NCBI GenBank assembly: GCA_965279525.1
Contig: CBDIIB010000005.1
Span: forward strand, 896,001 to 960,000
DNA: 64,000 nucleotides
Reading direction: 5' to 3'
DNA from: Tagaea sp.
Lineage (GTDB): Bacteria; Pseudomonadota; Alphaproteobacteria; CACIAM-22H2
Part shown: one piece after another, positions 62,011 through 64,000 of the stretch
How positions within the stretch are numbered: the stretch's first letter is position 1
Layout of the letters: every line of letters begins with the position of its first letter
The notes under the pieces: model-generated
Database searches by the model: none
What the model was told of the DNA's origin: nothing
Seen by the model: only the letters and a program-made list of their open reading frames with translations
Translations under genes and position numbers: made by a program

Positions 62011-63138
62011 TCAGACGAACAGCGCGAGGACGCCGGTATAGCCGTAGAGACGGGCGTTGGAAATCTCGCCGTTGCAGAACATGCCGACGATCGGGATGTC
62101 GCCGAGCGACTCGCGGATCAGGCGGCGCTCTTCCGAGCCCGGCCCGAACAGATGGGGACCACGCGCCAGGCACGAGAAATAGATGCCGGCCTTGGCGCGC
62201 GGGGCCCGCCGGCGCAGTCCTTCGAGCATCTCGACCATGTCCTGCGTGGCGGCCGCCCGGTCGCGGCGCACGAACATGATGCGGTCGCCCGGTTCGACCG
62301 AAGCACCCACCGCGACCAGCCCCTCGCCCGGATCGATGCCGGTGAGATTGCGCACCAGATAGTCGGCCGAGTCGGAACCGGGCACCGGCAGGGCCGCATG
62401 GATGTGGCCGGCGACCTGGCGCAGGTCGCGGCCCAGCATCTCGCCGATGTCTTCCTTGAACACGTCGAGTGCAGGCCTGCCGTCGATGCCGATCAGCACG
62501 TTTCCGTCGGCCGCGTTGACGCGGTGCATCGGCCCGATGGGCGAGCAGCCTTGCGTGATGCCCGTGACGACGGCCACCTGGTGGGCGAACAGCACGCCCG
62601 ACACGCCGCCTTCGACGACCTTGCCGGCGATCTGGGCGGTCGCCCGTTCGCCCGACGACAGGCCGCCGACGAGGAACGCGTCGCTTGCCTCGGCGATGCC
62701 GCCGATCATGTCGGCAAGTTCCGGGCAGCGCGGATCGGCATGCACGACGCCGAAGGCCGGCCGCTTGGCCGCGATCCACGGACCGAACGGGGCAAGCGGC
62801 GTCAGGTCGTCGGTGAGGTTGGGCAGGACCCGATAGGAATCCGCGGGCACGTCAAGGGCGATGGCGGCGATCGCGGCGGTATCGAACACCTCCTCGTCGC
62901 CAAGCACGCCCATGCCGATCGAGCCGACCCAGTCCTGGATGCCCGACACGCGGCGCACGACGGCGAGGACTTCTTCCAGCCGGTCGGCAAGCACGTCGGT
63001 CGCGTAGAGGAAGCCGAGCCGTGCAGTCGGCAGGCTGCGCGATAGCGATTCGCCGATCTCGACGGCGAGTTTGCCCCAGTTGAGGGGGTCGGCGTTGCGC
63101 GCCTGGGCGAAGGCGATCTGGGGAGCGATCTGCGGCAT
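62011..63138 (-). CDS. FIST N/C domain signal transduction protein
   Basis: LVGGLSS; TQGCSPIGP; DYLVRNL; YFSCLARG; GMFCNGEI; LYGYTGVL. Start trimmed to ATG 63138. Confidence 0.9.
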   Translation of the reverse strand: MPQIAPQIAFAQARNADPLNWGKLAVEIGESLSRSLPTARLGFLYATDVLADRLEEVLAVVRRVSGIQDWVGSIGMGVLGDEEVFDTAAIAAIALDVPADSYRVLPNLTDDLTPLAPFGPWIAAKRPAFGVVHADPRCPELADMIGGIAEASDAFLVGGLSSGERATAQIAGKVVEGGVSGVLFAHQVAVVTGITQGCSPIGPMHRVNAADGNVLIGIDGRPALDVFKEDIGEMLGRDLRQVAGHIHAALPVPGSDSADYLVRNLTGIDPGEGLVAVGASVEPGDRIMFVRRDRAAATQDMVEMLEGLRRRAPRAKAGIYFSCLARGPHLFGPGSEERRLIRESLGDIPIVGMFCNGEISNARLYGYTGVLALFV

Positions 63139-63215
63139 GGCTACGACATCCTGACGGAATCCCGATGCGAACGCCAACCGCATTTCCGGTGATCGCTCCC
63201 CCATCCGACCCTCCG

Positions 63216-63566
63216 TCAGTCCATGCAGACGGCTTCCACGTTGTTGCCGTCCGGATCGTAGGCGAAGCCCGCGTAGTAGGTCGGGCTGTAATCCGCGCGC
63301 AGGCCCGGCGCGCCGTTGTCCTTGCCGCCGGCCTTCAGCGCTGCCGCATGGAATGCGGCGACGGCCTTGCGGTCCTTCGCCCTGAACGCCACGTGCGTGC
63401 CGCCCGCCGCATTCTTCGATTCGTAGAGCCACAAGGCGGGTGCGTCCGGCGGGCCGAAGCCGGTGCCCGAGCTGTCAGGCACGAAGCCGAGCGGCTTCAG
63501 GACGGCCGTGTAGAATTCGCGGCTCGCGGCGAGGTCTTTCACCTTGAGGCCGATATGGTCGTACAT
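63216..63566 (-). CDS. VOC / glyoxalase family protein
   Basis: MYDHIGLKV; HVAFRA; GGKDNGAPGLR; YYAGFAYDPDGNNVEAVC. Confidence 0.92.
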   Translation of the reverse strand: MYDHIGLKVKDLAASREFYTAVLKPLGFVPDSSGTGFGPPDAPALWLYESKNAAGGTHVAFRAKDRKAVAAFHAAALKAGGKDNGAPGLRADYSPTYYAGFAYDPDGNNVEAVCMD

Positions 63567-63595
63567 GCTGTTCCTCCGTCGTTGGAGGGACAGGA

Positions 63596-64000
63596 CTAGG
63601 CGATGGCCGCCGGCCGTTCTTGGAGAATCTTGCTGTTGCGCGTGCGCGCGGCACGGCGGAATTCGCGCGGCGTGACGCCGGCCGCCCGACGGAAACTGCG
63701 CATGAAATTTGAAAGATCGGCGAAGCCGGACTCGTAGGCGATGTCGGTGACGGGTGCGTCGGCTTCGACCAGCAGGCGGGCCGCCCGGCGCAAGCGCGCG
63801 CGGACCAGATACTGGTGCGGCGTGACGCCCAGCACGCGCGTGAAGACGCGCAGGAAATGGAACGTGCTCAACCCCGCTTCGGCCGCGGCGGCGGCAAGAT
63901 CGATCTCCCGGTCGGCATGGGCGTCGATCCACAAGGCCGTTTCCACGGCCCGGCGCCGGTCGCGCGGCGTGCCATCGGGTGCCGGCGCCTTGCGGCCAGC
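63596..64000 (-). CDS. AraC family transcriptional regulator (5' part outside window)
   Basis: [11 protein letters not shown]; GVTPHQY; [25 protein letters not shown]. Confidence 0.92.
   Translation of the reverse strand, partial: AGRKAPAPDGTPRDRRRAVETALWIDAHADREIDLAAAAAEAGLSTFHFLRVFTRVLGVTPHQYLVRARLRRAARLLVEADAPVTDIAYESGFADLSNFMRSFRRAAGVTPREFRRAARTRNSKILQERPAAIA

Overview
High-GC alphaproteobacterial chromosome segment, Rhodospirillales-like by gene content and order (inference). 1-13.3 kb is a surface-glycan/LPS cluster: B12-dependent radical SAM (missing from the ORF track), GT4/GT2 glycosyltransferases, SAM methyltransferase, gmhA, hldE. It is interrupted at 2.66-3.72 kb by an atypical islet: a GTTGAC-repeat element plus a two-gene operon with its own promoter that looks like a toxin stub and an immunity gene. 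12-16.7 kb holds a COG4671-type glycosyltransferase, an ABC exporter with a degenerate, internally repeated ATPase domain, and a stand-alone cNMP-binding protein. Then come xth, a hydrolase, a PuuD-like amidohydrolase, an eRF1-like small protein behind an FNR/FixK box, TerC with a structured switch-like leader, a TctCBA transporter, ftsK, an aminotransferase, an MsbA-like exporter, amtB/glnK with sigma54/NtrC-type sites, a UbiH-family hydroxylase and signalling genes. The rest is core housekeeping: atpHAGDC, priA, fsa/tal-DUF484-xerC, lpdA-sucBA-sucDC-mdh, an HD-GYP gene, zapE, cobB, LMW-PTP, thpR, tas, FIST, VOC and a partial AraC. No rRNA, tRNA, CRISPR array or intact mobile element was seen. 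All family assignments come from motif recognition, not database searches.
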